64,000 nt of DNA from Spirochaetales bacterium (GTDB lineage: Bacteria; Spirochaetota; Spirochaetia; UBA9216). Every line of letters starts with the position of its first letter. The stretch's first letter is position 1. A program made the translations under genes and the position numbers. The DNA is taken from NCBI GenBank assembly GCA_003245835.1, contig QKCC01000275.1, forward strand, positions 364-64,363. The letters are read 5' to 3'. Under the pieces are notes generated by a model, which worked only from the letters and a program-made list of their open reading frames with translations, was not told the origin of the DNA and searched no databases. Positions 7,788-17,738 of this stretch are shown here, one piece after another.

Positions 7788-9739
7788 TAGCTCCTTATCG
7801 TCAAATCTTCCTCAATAGGTTCATACTTGATAGCTTTGACGTCCCCTTCTTCATTCACAAAAGTCACGCTGCTGTAGTCATTTCTGATTCGCAGCGGTGC
7901 GTCTTTAATCATTAACCTGACACCAGGGAAAACCTTGGATGCGGCCGAAATCTTGCCGACATACTTGAGCGATGCAAGATACTCCCTGATTCTTTTAATC
8001 TCTTCCTCAAGGTTCAGTATACCGTCCTGAAGTTCCTGCTTCTGGTTCTTCAGCTCTACAAGGTATTCTTCTTTATCATCGGGAAGTTTCTTCTTTTTCT
8101 TCTTAAAATTCTCAAGAGTAATAATATTTCTTTCTATATCATCAATTTGGCTGGTCTGTGTGGACAGGTTCTGTTCCAGCTGTGTAAGTTTTTCCTTGCT
8201 TTTCGGATCCCAGCCTACCTCGAGAAGGGTTTCAGAACCGGATGCCGACCCCAGAGTTTTTGCGTGGATCTCTTCAGTCGCACGGAGCCTGCCTCCGACT
8301 ATAGTTGCCCTCTTACCCATACATACAATCAGCCGGTTCGATACTACGTTCGAATTAATAATTCCGTCAGTGGCAATTACGGCATCTTCACAATCGACAT
8401 TGGCATTCTCTATAAACTTAGCCCAGACAGTTCGCCCTGAGCGGACATTTCCTTCCGATTTTCCGTTTATACCCTGATGCACGATTACATCGCCTTCAGC
8501 ATCCAGCTCCGCTTTACCAACGTTACCCATTACCTCGATATTGCCGGATGCCTTAACCTTGAAACCGTCCTCTACGCTGCCTTTGACCATGACCGATCCG
8601 AGAAAAATAATATTTCCGCCTGATTTAAGATTGACATCTCCATTGACAAAATAAACGGGTTCAACTGAAAGCTTGCCGCCGCCGGCCAGCATCACCTGTC
8701 CGTTGATTTCGGCGATAGCAGTCATTCCGTCATCGGAAATTTTTACATTTTTACCGATGTTAAAATCAACATCATTTCCTGGTTTCGCAGGAAGAAGCCT
8801 GCCGGTTACAGTACGCCCGGCCTTTCCGTCCTCATGCGGAACCTTCCGCGCGATAATCTGGCCTTCTACGACGTTCTGAATCTGGTTCATTTCCTTAAAA
8901 TCAACCTTGCCGCGCTTCTCCTTGAAACTTACCTGTGAATTGTTTTCATCAAAATTATAGATAATTTTAGCGTCGTTTCCGTTAACCGGCTTTGCGCCCT
9001 CGGCTACAAGAACCGGTGTATCATAAACCGGGTGATCTTCGAGCTCAGCAATAGCATCTTCCATTATACCGTGAATGATACCGTTTGCCTTCAGCAGTCC
9101 TATCATACCGTTTGCGGTTATATCAGCACCGCCATGTCCGGGCTCCCTGATAATGATATTGGCCTTCATGTCCAGATCGATAACTTCAACGGTCATCAAT
9201 GCATCGTTCATCGGGTTATATGCATAATCAGCTATTCGGACTTTTTCCCTGTCGGCTGCTTTAACTACCCTGGCCATCAGCTTCTCATCGAAATCATTTA
9301 TTCCGCGGGTTTTCAACTTCATTGCAACTTCACGTTCAGTGACTCTTTTACCGTTACCGACCGGAGGGTAAACCTTTAAAAAGACACCTTCCTGGTAGAA
9401 CCGGATAATTGCTTCTCCGTCACGGTCCTTATGCACGTCACCCATCATATCGTCATCACCGAAATTCAGATCGAAGGCATCGTCATCAAACGCGGAAGAT
9501 TTCTCGGTAACGACTTCATACGCTATTAAAAGGCAGCTTTTCTTTCCGTAACCGAGGAAGCCCGATGAAGGATGTTCAAGCACTTCATATTCTATTTTCT
9601 TTAATGGTACGTTGAGCTCGATGGATGCCTGTTCGAGAGCTTCATCTATAGTCGAACCGCTGACCTGAACGGTTCTTCGGGACCTGTCATCCTCAGCCTG
9701 TTTCCGCATGAACTCTCTCAATTCAGACAACTGAACCAT
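7787..9739 (-). CDS. FapA family (DUF342) protein, flagellar-assembly-protein-A-like
   Basis: 650 aa. The N-terminus is Jag_N-like (VSGSTIDEALEQASIELNVPLKKIEYEVLE). A long repetitive Gly/Asn/Val beta-helix-like core follows (GNIEVMGNVGKAELDAEGDVIVHQGINGKSEGNV...), then a C-terminal coiled coil. The gene starts 3 nt after fliA. Confidence 0.7.
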   Translation of the reverse strand: MVQLSELREFMRKQAEDDRSRRTVQVSGSTIDEALEQASIELNVPLKKIEYEVLEHPSSGFLGYGKKSCLLIAYEVVTEKSSAFDDDAFDLNFGDDDMMGDVHKDRDGEAIIRFYQEGVFLKVYPPVGNGKRVTEREVAMKLKTRGINDFDEKLMARVVKAADREKVRIADYAYNPMNDALMTVEVIDLDMKANIIIREPGHGGADITANGMIGLLKANGIIHGIMEDAIAELEDHPVYDTPVLVAEGAKPVNGNDAKIIYNFDENNSQVSFKEKRGKVDFKEMNQIQNVVEGQIIARKVPHEDGKAGRTVTGRLLPAKPGNDVDFNIGKNVKISDDGMTAIAEINGQVMLAGGGKLSVEPVYFVNGDVNLKSGGNIIFLGSVMVKGSVEDGFKVKASGNIEVMGNVGKAELDAEGDVIVHQGINGKSEGNVRSGRTVWAKFIENANVDCEDAVIATDGIINSNVVSNRLIVCMGKRATIVGGRLRATEEIHAKTLGSASGSETLLEVGWDPKSKEKLTQLEQNLSTQTSQIDDIERNIITLENFKKKKKKLPDDKEEYLVELKNQKQELQDGILNLEEEIKRIREYLASLKYVGKISAASKVFPGVRLMIKDAPLRIRNDYSSVTFVNEEGDVKAIKYEPIEEDLTIRS

Positions 9740-9742
9740 AAT

Positions 9743-10531
9743 CTATAGTATCCCCCGCTTCAGGCTGGTCAGCTTTGACCTAAGACGCATAATTGCCTTG
9801 GTATGCAGCTGAGAAACCCTGGATTCCGTTACTTCAAGTACTTTGCCGATTTCCTTGAGGGTTAAATCCTCGTAATAGTAAAGTACAAGCACCTTCTTTT
9901 CCTTCTCGGGAAGTTCATTAATTGCTTCTATAATGACCCGTTTAATTTCATCTTTTTCGACGATAATATCCGGATTAAGCCCCTGCGGGGATTCGATGCT
10001 GTCAACAATTGAAACCTTGTCGTTGTCTTCTCCAGTGTACCAAACATCATTCAACGATAAAATTGATGTTCCGCTTATTTTCAGAATCGTCTTCTGATAT
10101 TCCTGCAGGTCCATCCCCATCTCGAACGCAATCTCGTTATCGGTGACTGATCTTCCGAGCGAGGCTTCAAGCCGATGAACGGTTTCTTCAACCTCTCTGG
10201 ATTTCTGCCTGACAGAACGCGGTACCCAGTCAATGGATCTCAGCTCATCAAAAATTGCACCCCTGATTCTGGTAACGGCATATGTTTTAAACTTGACATG
10301 TTTATCGGGGTCAAATTTTTCTATCGCGTCAAATAATCCGAATACCCCGTAACCGACTAAATCATCGAATTCAATATTATGAGGCATACCGACGGCAACC
10401 TTGCCTGCGACATATTTAACCAGCGGAGCATACTGTTTTACAAAGAGATCCCGTATAGCCGGATCTCTGGAGTTCTTATACATCGCCCATAATTCGTCTT
10501 CGGACTTGCTCCGTAGCAACTTTGCTTCCAT
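9743..10531 (-). CDS. fliA: RNA polymerase sigma-28 factor (FliA/WhiG/SigD family)
   Basis: Region 2 [37 protein letters not shown] and region 4 [29 protein letters not shown]. It sits at the end of the flagellar operon. Confidence 0.9.
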   Translation of the reverse strand: MEAKLLRSKSEDELWAMYKNSRDPAIRDLFVKQYAPLVKYVAGKVAVGMPHNIEFDDLVGYGVFGLFDAIEKFDPDKHVKFKTYAVTRIRGAIFDELRSIDWVPRSVRQKSREVEETVHRLEASLGRSVTDNEIAFEMGMDLQEYQKTILKISGTSILSLNDVWYTGEDNDKVSIVDSIESPQGLNPDIIVEKDEIKRVIIEAINELPEKEKKVLVLYYYEDLTLKEIGKVLEVTESRVSQLHTKAIMRLRSKLTSLKRGIL

Positions 10532-10534
10532 CTG

Positions 10535-11287
10535 TTAACCTTCCTGGTCCTTTTTTAATATCGTCTGTACTGCCTTGGCCATCTCCTGGGTGTCGTGCCT
10601 GCTGCCCAAAATTTCCGCTCCTCCGGCCTCTCCTAAACCATCAATGCTGTTTAATCCATCTTCAGCTTCTTCTGCTTCTTCCTGTACAAAACTGTCAGAA
10701 AATACACTAATATCGGGCAGGTCTCCGGCCTTTCCGTTCCCTGATTTTTTACCCTGTCCTGTTCCATTTCTGCCGTTCTTTGCAGCCGGAGCGCTTTGGA
10801 TCACTACCGGTTCATCGCTGTTATCTTCATCATCAAGTGCTTCAGCATCATCGAGTTCTTCAACATCTTCTGCCTCATCACTGTCTTTGTACTGTCCCTT
10901 CTTTACCTGACCGGACTCTGATGCATCAAACTCATCAAAGATTGCATCCTTGTCCTTTCGGCCTTCGTTTTCATCTTCGATTGTTATATCAAGATTTTTA
11001 CCGCTTATGGATTCCGAATTATCTTCACCATCTATTATAACGGAAGTTTCAGAATTTTCAGAACTATCATCAGAAGTTTCATCAAGAAGTTCAGGAATAA
11101 ATTTCTCGACTATCTTCATAATACCCAAACTGACAGCTGCAAAACCGGCGGCAAAAAGGAAAGCCCGGAAGATAAGAACTCCGAAAGAAACTCTCCCGAA
11201 AATACCAGTAATTAAAGAGAGAACGAACCCGAAAATTCCGAATCCGGCGGCAATGGTTTTCCAGCTTTCAATTTTTTCACTAAACAT
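10535..11287 (-). CDS. Membrane protein with a long acidic, probably disordered tail (hypothetical)
   Basis: Two predicted TM helices in the first ~60 aa, then a ~190-aa Asp/Glu/Ser-rich region. It lies between flhG and fliA with gaps of 53 nt and 3 nt. Confidence 0.55.
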   Translation of the reverse strand: MFSEKIESWKTIAAGFGIFGFVLSLITGIFGRVSFGVLIFRAFLFAAGFAAVSLGIMKIVEKFIPELLDETSDDSSENSETSVIIDGEDNSESISGKNLDITIEDENEGRKDKDAIFDEFDASESGQVKKGQYKDSDEAEDVEELDDAEALDDEDNSDEPVVIQSAPAAKNGRNGTGQGKKSGNGKAGDLPDISVFSDSFVQEEAEEAEDGLNSIDGLGEAGGAEILGSRHDTQEMAKAVQTILKKDQEG

Positions 11288-11340
11288 TCATTTCAGCTTA
11301 TTTCAAAACACTTTCACAGTCAAGGACTGACTTTCAGAGC

Positions 11341-12213
11341 TTACATACCTCCGAAAAGCCGCTTCAGAAATCTTGAAACGCCCCCTCCCTCTTTATATTC
11401 AACCTTTTCAAGACGGCCCGCAATATGCTTCAGACAGATTGCAGCCTTCGATCCCGGTTCGGCAATCAAAAACGGCTTCTGCTTGATAACAGATGCAGAA
11501 ACAACTGGATCATCATAAACATAACCAAGGTAATCTACCTTGAGATTTAAAAACTGCCCCGCAATACTGATTACCCGCTCAGAGACCTTTTTCCCTTCAG
11601 TGACGCTTTTCACACGGTTAACTACAAGTTTCAGGGAAAGATTCATATTGTCTATTTCAGTGGCAATGATTTTAATAATACCGTAGGCATCGGTAATAGC
11701 GGTCGGCTCCGGGGTGGTCACAATTATTGCATCGTCGGCAGCAGCAATGAACGCCAGAACGTTATTAGACACACCCGCACTTGTATCAATAATTATTACA
11801 TCGGCGGCGGAAAGATCCGACATCTCATTGATAAAAACAGTCCGTTCTTCATCAGTAAGATTTGCAATTTTTGAAAATCCTGATGCGCCGGCTACAATCT
11901 GAATACCGTAATTTGTGTTCAGAAGGATTTCACGCATACTCTTCTGTTTTCTGATTACATGATACAGATTATATTTTGGGATTATGCCGAGTGCCACATT
12001 GACGTTTGCCAGCCCCAAATCGGCATCAAGAACGATAACCTTTTTGCCGAGCTGCGCATATGCTATTGCTAGGTTGACTGAAATATTTGTCTTGCCGACG
12101 CCGCCTTTTCCGCTCGATACTGCGATAATACGGGTTTTATTTTCATCTGATCCGGAAGACTCCTGTCTGCCCTTCATCATTTCACGTAACTGTTCTGCCT
12201 GGTCCGTCATCAC
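11341..12213 (-). CDS. flhG: MinD/ParA-family flagellar number regulator FlhG (YlxH)
   Basis: Deviant Walker A SSGKGGVGKTNISVNLA, and a position immediately after flhF. Confidence 0.85.
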   Translation of the reverse strand: MMTDQAEQLREMMKGRQESSGSDENKTRIIAVSSGKGGVGKTNISVNLAIAYAQLGKKVIVLDADLGLANVNVALGIIPKYNLYHVIRKQKSMREILLNTNYGIQIVAGASGFSKIANLTDEERTVFINEMSDLSAADVIIIDTSAGVSNNVLAFIAAADDAIIVTTPEPTAITDAYGIIKIIATEIDNMNLSLKLVVNRVKSVTEGKKVSERVISIAGQFLNLKVDYLGYVYDDPVVSASVIKQKPFLIAEPGSKAAICLKHIAGRLEKVEYKEGGGVSRFLKRLFGGM

Positions 12214-12223
12214 TCACTCCGTG

Positions 12224-13372
12224 CTACTGTATAATAAGGGATTCTTTAGCTCTGAATCCCTCAAGCCTTCTCAACAAGCCTGCTTTTCCGGCTCTTTCGA
12301 TATCCTGCGGAACCCCCTGACCGTCTGTTACATAGGCTACCGGTGTTTTAATTTCATTCAGAACCGATATCACATTACCCAGTTTCAGAGTTTCGTCAAG
12401 CTTGGTCAAAATAACACCGTCGTATCCGAAGGCTGCAAATTCATTAAATATTTCCTTAAGGTCTCCTGCTTTTGTGGTAGCACTGACTGTAAGAAAAATT
12501 TCCGAGTCCTGACCGCACACCTCAAGCAGCTCCCTCATCTGGGCAAGATTCTGATAATCGCGCGGCGATCTTCCCATGGTATCAATCAGAATCAGGTCAG
12601 CTGCCTGGTATAAAACGATCTTGCTTTTTAGTTCATCAATGGATTCCACGCATGAAACAGGAATATTCATCAGATCACCATAAGTCTGAATTTGTCCCTT
12701 GGCGCCGATTCGATAGTTATCTATAGTGATCATTCTTACATTTTTAGGTGTTTCACCCTTTATACCGAGTCCGTTCAGGGCAGCCAATTTGGCGATAGTC
12801 GTTGTTTTACCGACGCCTGTCGGGCCTACAAGGATCATCACCTTGCCTTTACGGGCCGGGGTATCGTTATAGATTTCTATGCAGTCTCCCATCCACTCAA
12901 GGGTTTTCTGCTGAACAAATTCATAATCATTAAGCTGTTCAAGAGAAAGCTCTGAGCGCAGTCTTGTACTAATCTTTTTTACCACGTTGTATGAAAAATC
13001 ATTGCGTACAAGAAGTTCTTCTATCTTTTCGATTGATTCCGGTTCTGTCTGGACTGCCGTACCGGTCCGGGATTCTATTTTTTCGTCAATCGCTTCAACC
13101 ATCTTCAGCACCCTGTTCAGGGTATCTTCACGCTTGACACCGGCAGCTTCTATGATCTTCCTTTTCTCAGCGTCAAAACTTTTTTTGGTACTGATCATTG
13201 TTTCGTTATTCCTGTAGCCTTCCACCTCTACACCTTCCTTCGAAAACATACCCAAAAAACCGCCGTACCTTATACTGCGATGATTGAGTATTTTCGCGTT
13301 TTCACCATAGAGAGATTTTACTTTCGTAACAGCTTCCATGTACGATGTTCCCTGCATCTTGAAATATTCCAT
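12224..13372 (-). CDS. flhF: Flagellar biosynthesis SRP-type GTPase FlhF
   Basis: [22 protein letters not shown] and TKLDET GTPase boxes, and a position after flhA. Confidence 0.9.
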   Translation of the reverse strand: MEYFKMQGTSYMEAVTKVKSLYGENAKILNHRSIRYGGFLGMFSKEGVEVEGYRNNETMISTKKSFDAEKRKIIEAAGVKREDTLNRVLKMVEAIDEKIESRTGTAVQTEPESIEKIEELLVRNDFSYNVVKKISTRLRSELSLEQLNDYEFVQQKTLEWMGDCIEIYNDTPARKGKVMILVGPTGVGKTTTIAKLAALNGLGIKGETPKNVRMITIDNYRIGAKGQIQTYGDLMNIPVSCVESIDELKSKIVLYQAADLILIDTMGRSPRDYQNLAQMRELLEVCGQDSEIFLTVSATTKAGDLKEIFNEFAAFGYDGVILTKLDETLKLGNVISVLNEIKTPVAYVTDGQGVPQDIERAGKAGLLRRLEGFRAKESLIIQ

Positions 13373-15499
13373 TTATTGACTAACCTCTTGTTCTATATTA
13401 CTTTCTTCAAGTGAAATCTCACCTAACGTTTCAATATTCGCATTTGATACAACCTCAGGTACAGATAATACGACTATTCCCGGAAAATCCCTTTTAAGAC
13501 TAGCCTTCACAAGCGCCCTTACTGCCTCCGAACACAATATAATCGGAAAAACTCCAACCTGCTCAACAGCCCTTATCATATTGGCCACACTGTTAATCCA
13601 TTTCCGCTGTATCCCCGGTTCGAGTGCAGCCATAACCCCGGTTGCAGTCTCTATTTTGGATTCTCCGATTATCTGTTCCAGCCTGGGCTGAATCGTCAAC
13701 ACCCTGATTACCTTGTCATCATCCGCATACTGCAGGCAGATCTGCCTCGAAAGGGTCTGCCGGACTTTCTCAATAAGGAAGGTAGTGTCCTTTGTAACTG
13801 TTATATAATCAGCGATTGTTTCAAGTATGGGAACCATGTTCCTGATAGAAACCTGCTCCACAAGCAGCCCCTGAAGAACCTTCTGCACTTCGCCGGTTCC
13901 CATAGCCTTGGTAACTTCATCAACAACAGCAGAGTAATCGCTGCGCAGACTGTCGAGAATCTTCTGCACTTCCTGACGTCCGAGCATTTCATGCGCATGC
14001 TTCTTGATAATTTCGGTCAGATGAGTCGCTATGATTGAAGGTGAATCTACTACAGTATATCCAAGCCTTTCGGCCCTGTCACGGTCTTCCTCGGTTATCC
14101 ACTTCGCCGGCAGCCCGAAGGTCGGGTCAACTGCCGATTCACCCTGAATCTCATCATCCGCGTTGCCCGGGTTAATCGCAAGATATAGTCCGGACCGTAT
14201 TACAGCCTTTCCTACCTCAACACCCTTAATCTTTATGCAGTATTCGGCAGGTTCCAGCCTCATGTTATCTACAATACGGATCTTCGGAACGACAAGCCCG
14301 AGTTCGAGGGCAGATTCACGCCTGATTCTTGTTATCCGGTCAAGAAGCTCCGCTCCGTGGTCTTTGTCAACAAGCGGAATCAGACCGTAGCCAAGCTCGA
14401 TGGACAGCTGGTCAAGCGGCACAATCGGGGACATCTCGGCCGGTTCGCCGGACGGACGCTGCGCTGCTTCCGCTTCCATCGCTTCGAAGTTCTTGACCTT
14501 CTGTTCGCGCCGGCGCAGCCTGAATCCTATATAAAACAGTAATGCAGCCATCGGAATCAGGACATACCAGGGGAAACCCGGAAGAAGACCGAGGACGACA
14601 AGAAAGCCGGCACCAACCCAGTAGATCTGACCCTGAGCGGCAAACTGCTTGGTTACATCGTTTCCGAATGTTCCGTCCGATATTGCCCTGGTAACAATAA
14701 GACCAGTAGCTGTTGATATGAACAGCGCAGGGAACTGGCTTACAAGGCCGTCGCCGATCGCAAATGTAATGTAGGTTGAGATTGCTGAACTGGCCGGTTC
14801 GCCGTGAAGCATCATTCCGACAATCAGTCCGCCGACAATATTGATTACTGTCATCAGAATACCGATCTTTACGTTGCCTGAAACGAATTTTGAAGCTCCG
14901 TCCATTGCCCCGTAAAAATCAGCTTCTTTCTGCAGATCTGACTTCTTCCTTGTTGCCTCTTCCTCGGTTATCGCACCGGAGTTGTATTCAGCCTCGATAG
15001 CCATCTGCTTGCCGGGGAGCGAATCGAGGGTAAACCTTGCTGCAACCTCTGCAACCCTGGTAGCACCCTTGGTTATAACAATAAACTGTACTGCAATCAG
15101 AACGATAAATATTATCAATCCGATAACAAGACCTTCGGTACCTGATGTACCGACGACGAAGGTTGCAAATCCGCGAACAATTTTGCCGTTAAACTCGGCC
15201 CCTCGCGAAAGAATGAGCCTGGTTGACGAAACGTTCAGTGCAAGACCGAAAATCGTTGTTACAAGCAGCAGTGTCGGGAAAATTGAAAAATCGAGCGCTC
15301 TTTTTGTATACAGCGTGATTAGGATAATCATAACGCTGAGTACAAGGTTCGACGCCATAAGCAGATCGAGCAGTACCGTCGGCAGCGGGATAAGAAGCAT
15401 CATTACTACAAAAATTACACCGATCGCTACAAATACGTCGGTCTTCTGGCCGGCAAAGGCCCTCAGCACAGCTCCGCGCAGTCCCTGATTATCGGACAT
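13373..15499 (-). CDS. flhA: Flagellar type III export gate protein FlhA
   Basis: 708 aa with a polytopic N-terminal domain plus a large cytoplasmic domain. FHIPEP-type sequence (FPTLLLVTTIFGLALNVSSTRLIL). 1-nt TAATG overlap with flhB. Confidence 0.95.
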   Translation of the reverse strand: MSDNQGLRGAVLRAFAGQKTDVFVAIGVIFVVMMLLIPLPTVLLDLLMASNLVLSVMIILITLYTKRALDFSIFPTLLLVTTIFGLALNVSSTRLILSRGAEFNGKIVRGFATFVVGTSGTEGLVIGLIIFIVLIAVQFIVITKGATRVAEVAARFTLDSLPGKQMAIEAEYNSGAITEEEATRKKSDLQKEADFYGAMDGASKFVSGNVKIGILMTVINIVGGLIVGMMLHGEPASSAISTYITFAIGDGLVSQFPALFISTATGLIVTRAISDGTFGNDVTKQFAAQGQIYWVGAGFLVVLGLLPGFPWYVLIPMAALLFYIGFRLRRREQKVKNFEAMEAEAAQRPSGEPAEMSPIVPLDQLSIELGYGLIPLVDKDHGAELLDRITRIRRESALELGLVVPKIRIVDNMRLEPAEYCIKIKGVEVGKAVIRSGLYLAINPGNADDEIQGESAVDPTFGLPAKWITEEDRDRAERLGYTVVDSPSIIATHLTEIIKKHAHEMLGRQEVQKILDSLRSDYSAVVDEVTKAMGTGEVQKVLQGLLVEQVSIRNMVPILETIADYITVTKDTTFLIEKVRQTLSRQICLQYADDDKVIRVLTIQPRLEQIIGESKIETATGVMAALEPGIQRKWINSVANMIRAVEQVGVFPIILCSEAVRALVKASLKRDFPGIVVLSVPEVVSNANIETLGEISLEESNIEQEVSQ

Positions 15500-16659
15500 T
15501 ATACTACATCCTCCATATTATCTCCGCGCAGCCGGTAAACCTCTGCAAGAATGACCGCCATTGCCTGGTAGTACTGTTCCGGAATAATATCACCGATTTC
15601 GACCTCGGCATAAAGCGCTCTTGCAAGAGGCTTGTTTTCCATGATCGGAACAGAGTTTTCTTCAGCAATCGCCCTGATTCTGAATGCCATATTATCCTGG
15701 CCCTTTGCGGTAACCATCGGCGCCTGCATGCTTTTGCGGTCCCACTGCATTACAACTGCAAAATGGGTCGGGTTCGTTATGACTACGTCGGCATCGGGAA
15801 TTTTCCGCATCATGTCGCGGGTCATGATGTCCCTCATCCGTTCTCTCAGGCGGCTCTTAATGAGCGGATCACCTTCGGTCATTTTGCGCTCTTCTTTCAC
15901 TTCCTGTTTTGACATTTTCAGCGAATCAATGTGCTGCTTCTTCTGAAACCGGTAGTCTACTACAGCAAAAACAAGCATCGCGATTGCCGCCTCGAGCATA
16001 ATACGGAACGCTATTCCGGACAGCACTGAAAAGGCTTCAAGGAAGTTCATCGATATAAACCCGACGATTCTGTCGAATTCCATCCTGATATTTACAAAAG
16101 AAATTCCGCCGATTATCAGGACTTTCACTATGGACTTCATAAGGTTGAAGGCCGCTTCAGCCGACATAAAGGACCTTTGAAACCATTTGCCGAATTTAGG
16201 CATAATTTTGTTAGGGTCGGGGGTTATGGGTTTCGCCGAAAATTTCAGACCTACCTGAAAAACATTTCCGGCAAAGGCCGCAACAAAAGCTATTGATGCG
16301 AGCGGCAGAGCACTCCTGATAAAATATGTCAGCGCAGTAATTCCTGCCTGCGGCGATGCAACAGGGTCGAGTACAGTCGCATTTGAAAAAAAGTATACCA
16401 TCATGGCACGAAGACCTTCGATCATCGAAGAACCGAAAGCGGCAAGCGCGGATATACAGAATATCAGTATTATAGCTGAGGTCAGGTCTGCGGATTTCGC
16501 CACCTTGCCCTCTTCACGGGCCTTCCGGAGTTTATACTCGGTAGGATCTTCGGTCCGGCCTTCGTCTTCAGGAGCAAACCACTGCAGATTGATTATATTG
16601 TAATCGTAGATTCCGTAGTTATCGAGGAAGCCTTGTTTAAAACCGTCAGAAGCAGTCAA
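15499..16659 (-). CDS. flhB: Flagellar export switch protein FlhB
   Basis: NPTH autocleavage motif (VITNPTHFAV) and four N-terminal TM helices. Confidence 0.95.
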   Translation of the reverse strand: MTASDGFKQGFLDNYGIYDYNIINLQWFAPEDEGRTEDPTEYKLRKAREEGKVAKSADLTSAIILIFCISALAAFGSSMIEGLRAMMVYFFSNATVLDPVASPQAGITALTYFIRSALPLASIAFVAAFAGNVFQVGLKFSAKPITPDPNKIMPKFGKWFQRSFMSAEAAFNLMKSIVKVLIIGGISFVNIRMEFDRIVGFISMNFLEAFSVLSGIAFRIMLEAAIAMLVFAVVDYRFQKKQHIDSLKMSKQEVKEERKMTEGDPLIKSRLRERMRDIMTRDMMRKIPDADVVITNPTHFAVVMQWDRKSMQAPMVTAKGQDNMAFRIRAIAEENSVPIMENKPLARALYAEVEIGDIIPEQYYQAMAVILAEVYRLRGDNMEDVV

Positions 16660-17453
16660 ACGTTCCTCCCCGTCATAGCCCGCAGAAGTTCGTACAGGCC
16701 GTTAAAACCGTAATCAATAATATTTTCGAAAGTCTGAAGCATCAGAGGCATCATGGCTACCAGCACCAGAAAAGCCATAAAAATGTTTATGGGGAAAGCG
16801 AGCATCAGCAGGTTCATCTGCGGCGCCGCTTTGGCAAGAAGTCCCATTGTAATCTGCATCAGCAGCAGGACACCCATTACGGGCATGGCAATCACAAGCG
16901 CCTGTCCGAACAGTCCGCTCATACCCGACAGCAGCATGGGTATCACACTGTCTTTACTCTGAATGAACTGGCTGACGGTGACAGCCTTGAAACTGTTATA
17001 TATCCCTCCGAGGAAGAGCTTCTGAAACCCTCCGACAGACAGGAAAATCAGCATTGCAGTCAGGTTAAGAAACTGACCCATAAGCGGAATCTGAATCTGT
17101 GCAAGGGGATCATAAACCTGTGATGAAGCAAAACCCATCTGCGTAGAAAAAAACTGTCCTGCAAGCTGGAATACCGCCATAATCAGATCCAGAAAAAAGC
17201 CCGTAATTATACCAATCAATGCTTCACCAATCAGCAGCATGGCATACTGAAGCCCGGAATCAGGGATTGTGTAAACCCCGCTGCTGACAACTGAAGGCAG
17301 GACTGCCGTGGAAATAAAAAACGCAAGACCTATTTTGGCTATCTGCGGGATCGCGCTGGAATTCAGAAGCGGAGCAATCTCAATAAAAACGAGTATTCTG
17401 GCAAAAACGAGGAGAAAAATCTGTGCTTCGGCAACCAAATAGTCCAGCGTCAT
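16656..17453 (-). CDS. fliR: Flagellar export apparatus protein FliR
   Basis: Polytopic 265-aa protein located between fliQ and flhB, with a 4-nt overlap with flhB. Confidence 0.85.
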   Translation of the reverse strand: MTLDYLVAEAQIFLLVFARILVFIEIAPLLNSSAIPQIAKIGLAFFISTAVLPSVVSSGVYTIPDSGLQYAMLLIGEALIGIITGFFLDLIMAVFQLAGQFFSTQMGFASSQVYDPLAQIQIPLMGQFLNLTAMLIFLSVGGFQKLFLGGIYNSFKAVTVSQFIQSKDSVIPMLLSGMSGLFGQALVIAMPVMGVLLLMQITMGLLAKAAPQMNLLMLAFPINIFMAFLVLVAMMPLMLQTFENIIDYGFNGLYELLRAMTGRNV

Positions 17454-17458
17454 CGAAT

Positions 17459-17728
17459 TTATCCTGAAACCGTCGGTATAAGATTAAAGAGTTCGACTGT
17501 GTAATCCCTGAGCGCGGAGAAAATCCACTCTGAAGAAAAAACAAGAACAAGCAGAATCGCAGCTATTTTGGGAACGAAGGTCAGGGTCTGTTCCTGAATT
17601 GAGGTTGTTGCCTGAAAGATCGAAATCAGAAGCCCCACCAGCAGACCGGCCAACAGCATCGGCGCTGAGAGCATCAAAACGAGGAAAACAGCTGATCTAA
17701 TCATTTCAACAATAAAACCAATCGACAT
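17459..17728 (-). CDS. fliQ: Flagellar export apparatus protein FliQ
   Basis: 89 aa with two TM helices, and LLISIFQATTSIQEQTLTFVPK, typical of FliQ. Confidence 0.9.
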   Translation of the reverse strand: MSIGFIVEMIRSAVFLVLMLSAPMLLAGLLVGLLISIFQATTSIQEQTLTFVPKIAAILLVLVFSSEWIFSALRDYTVELFNLIPTVSG

Positions 17729-17738
17729 CTTTTAATCC

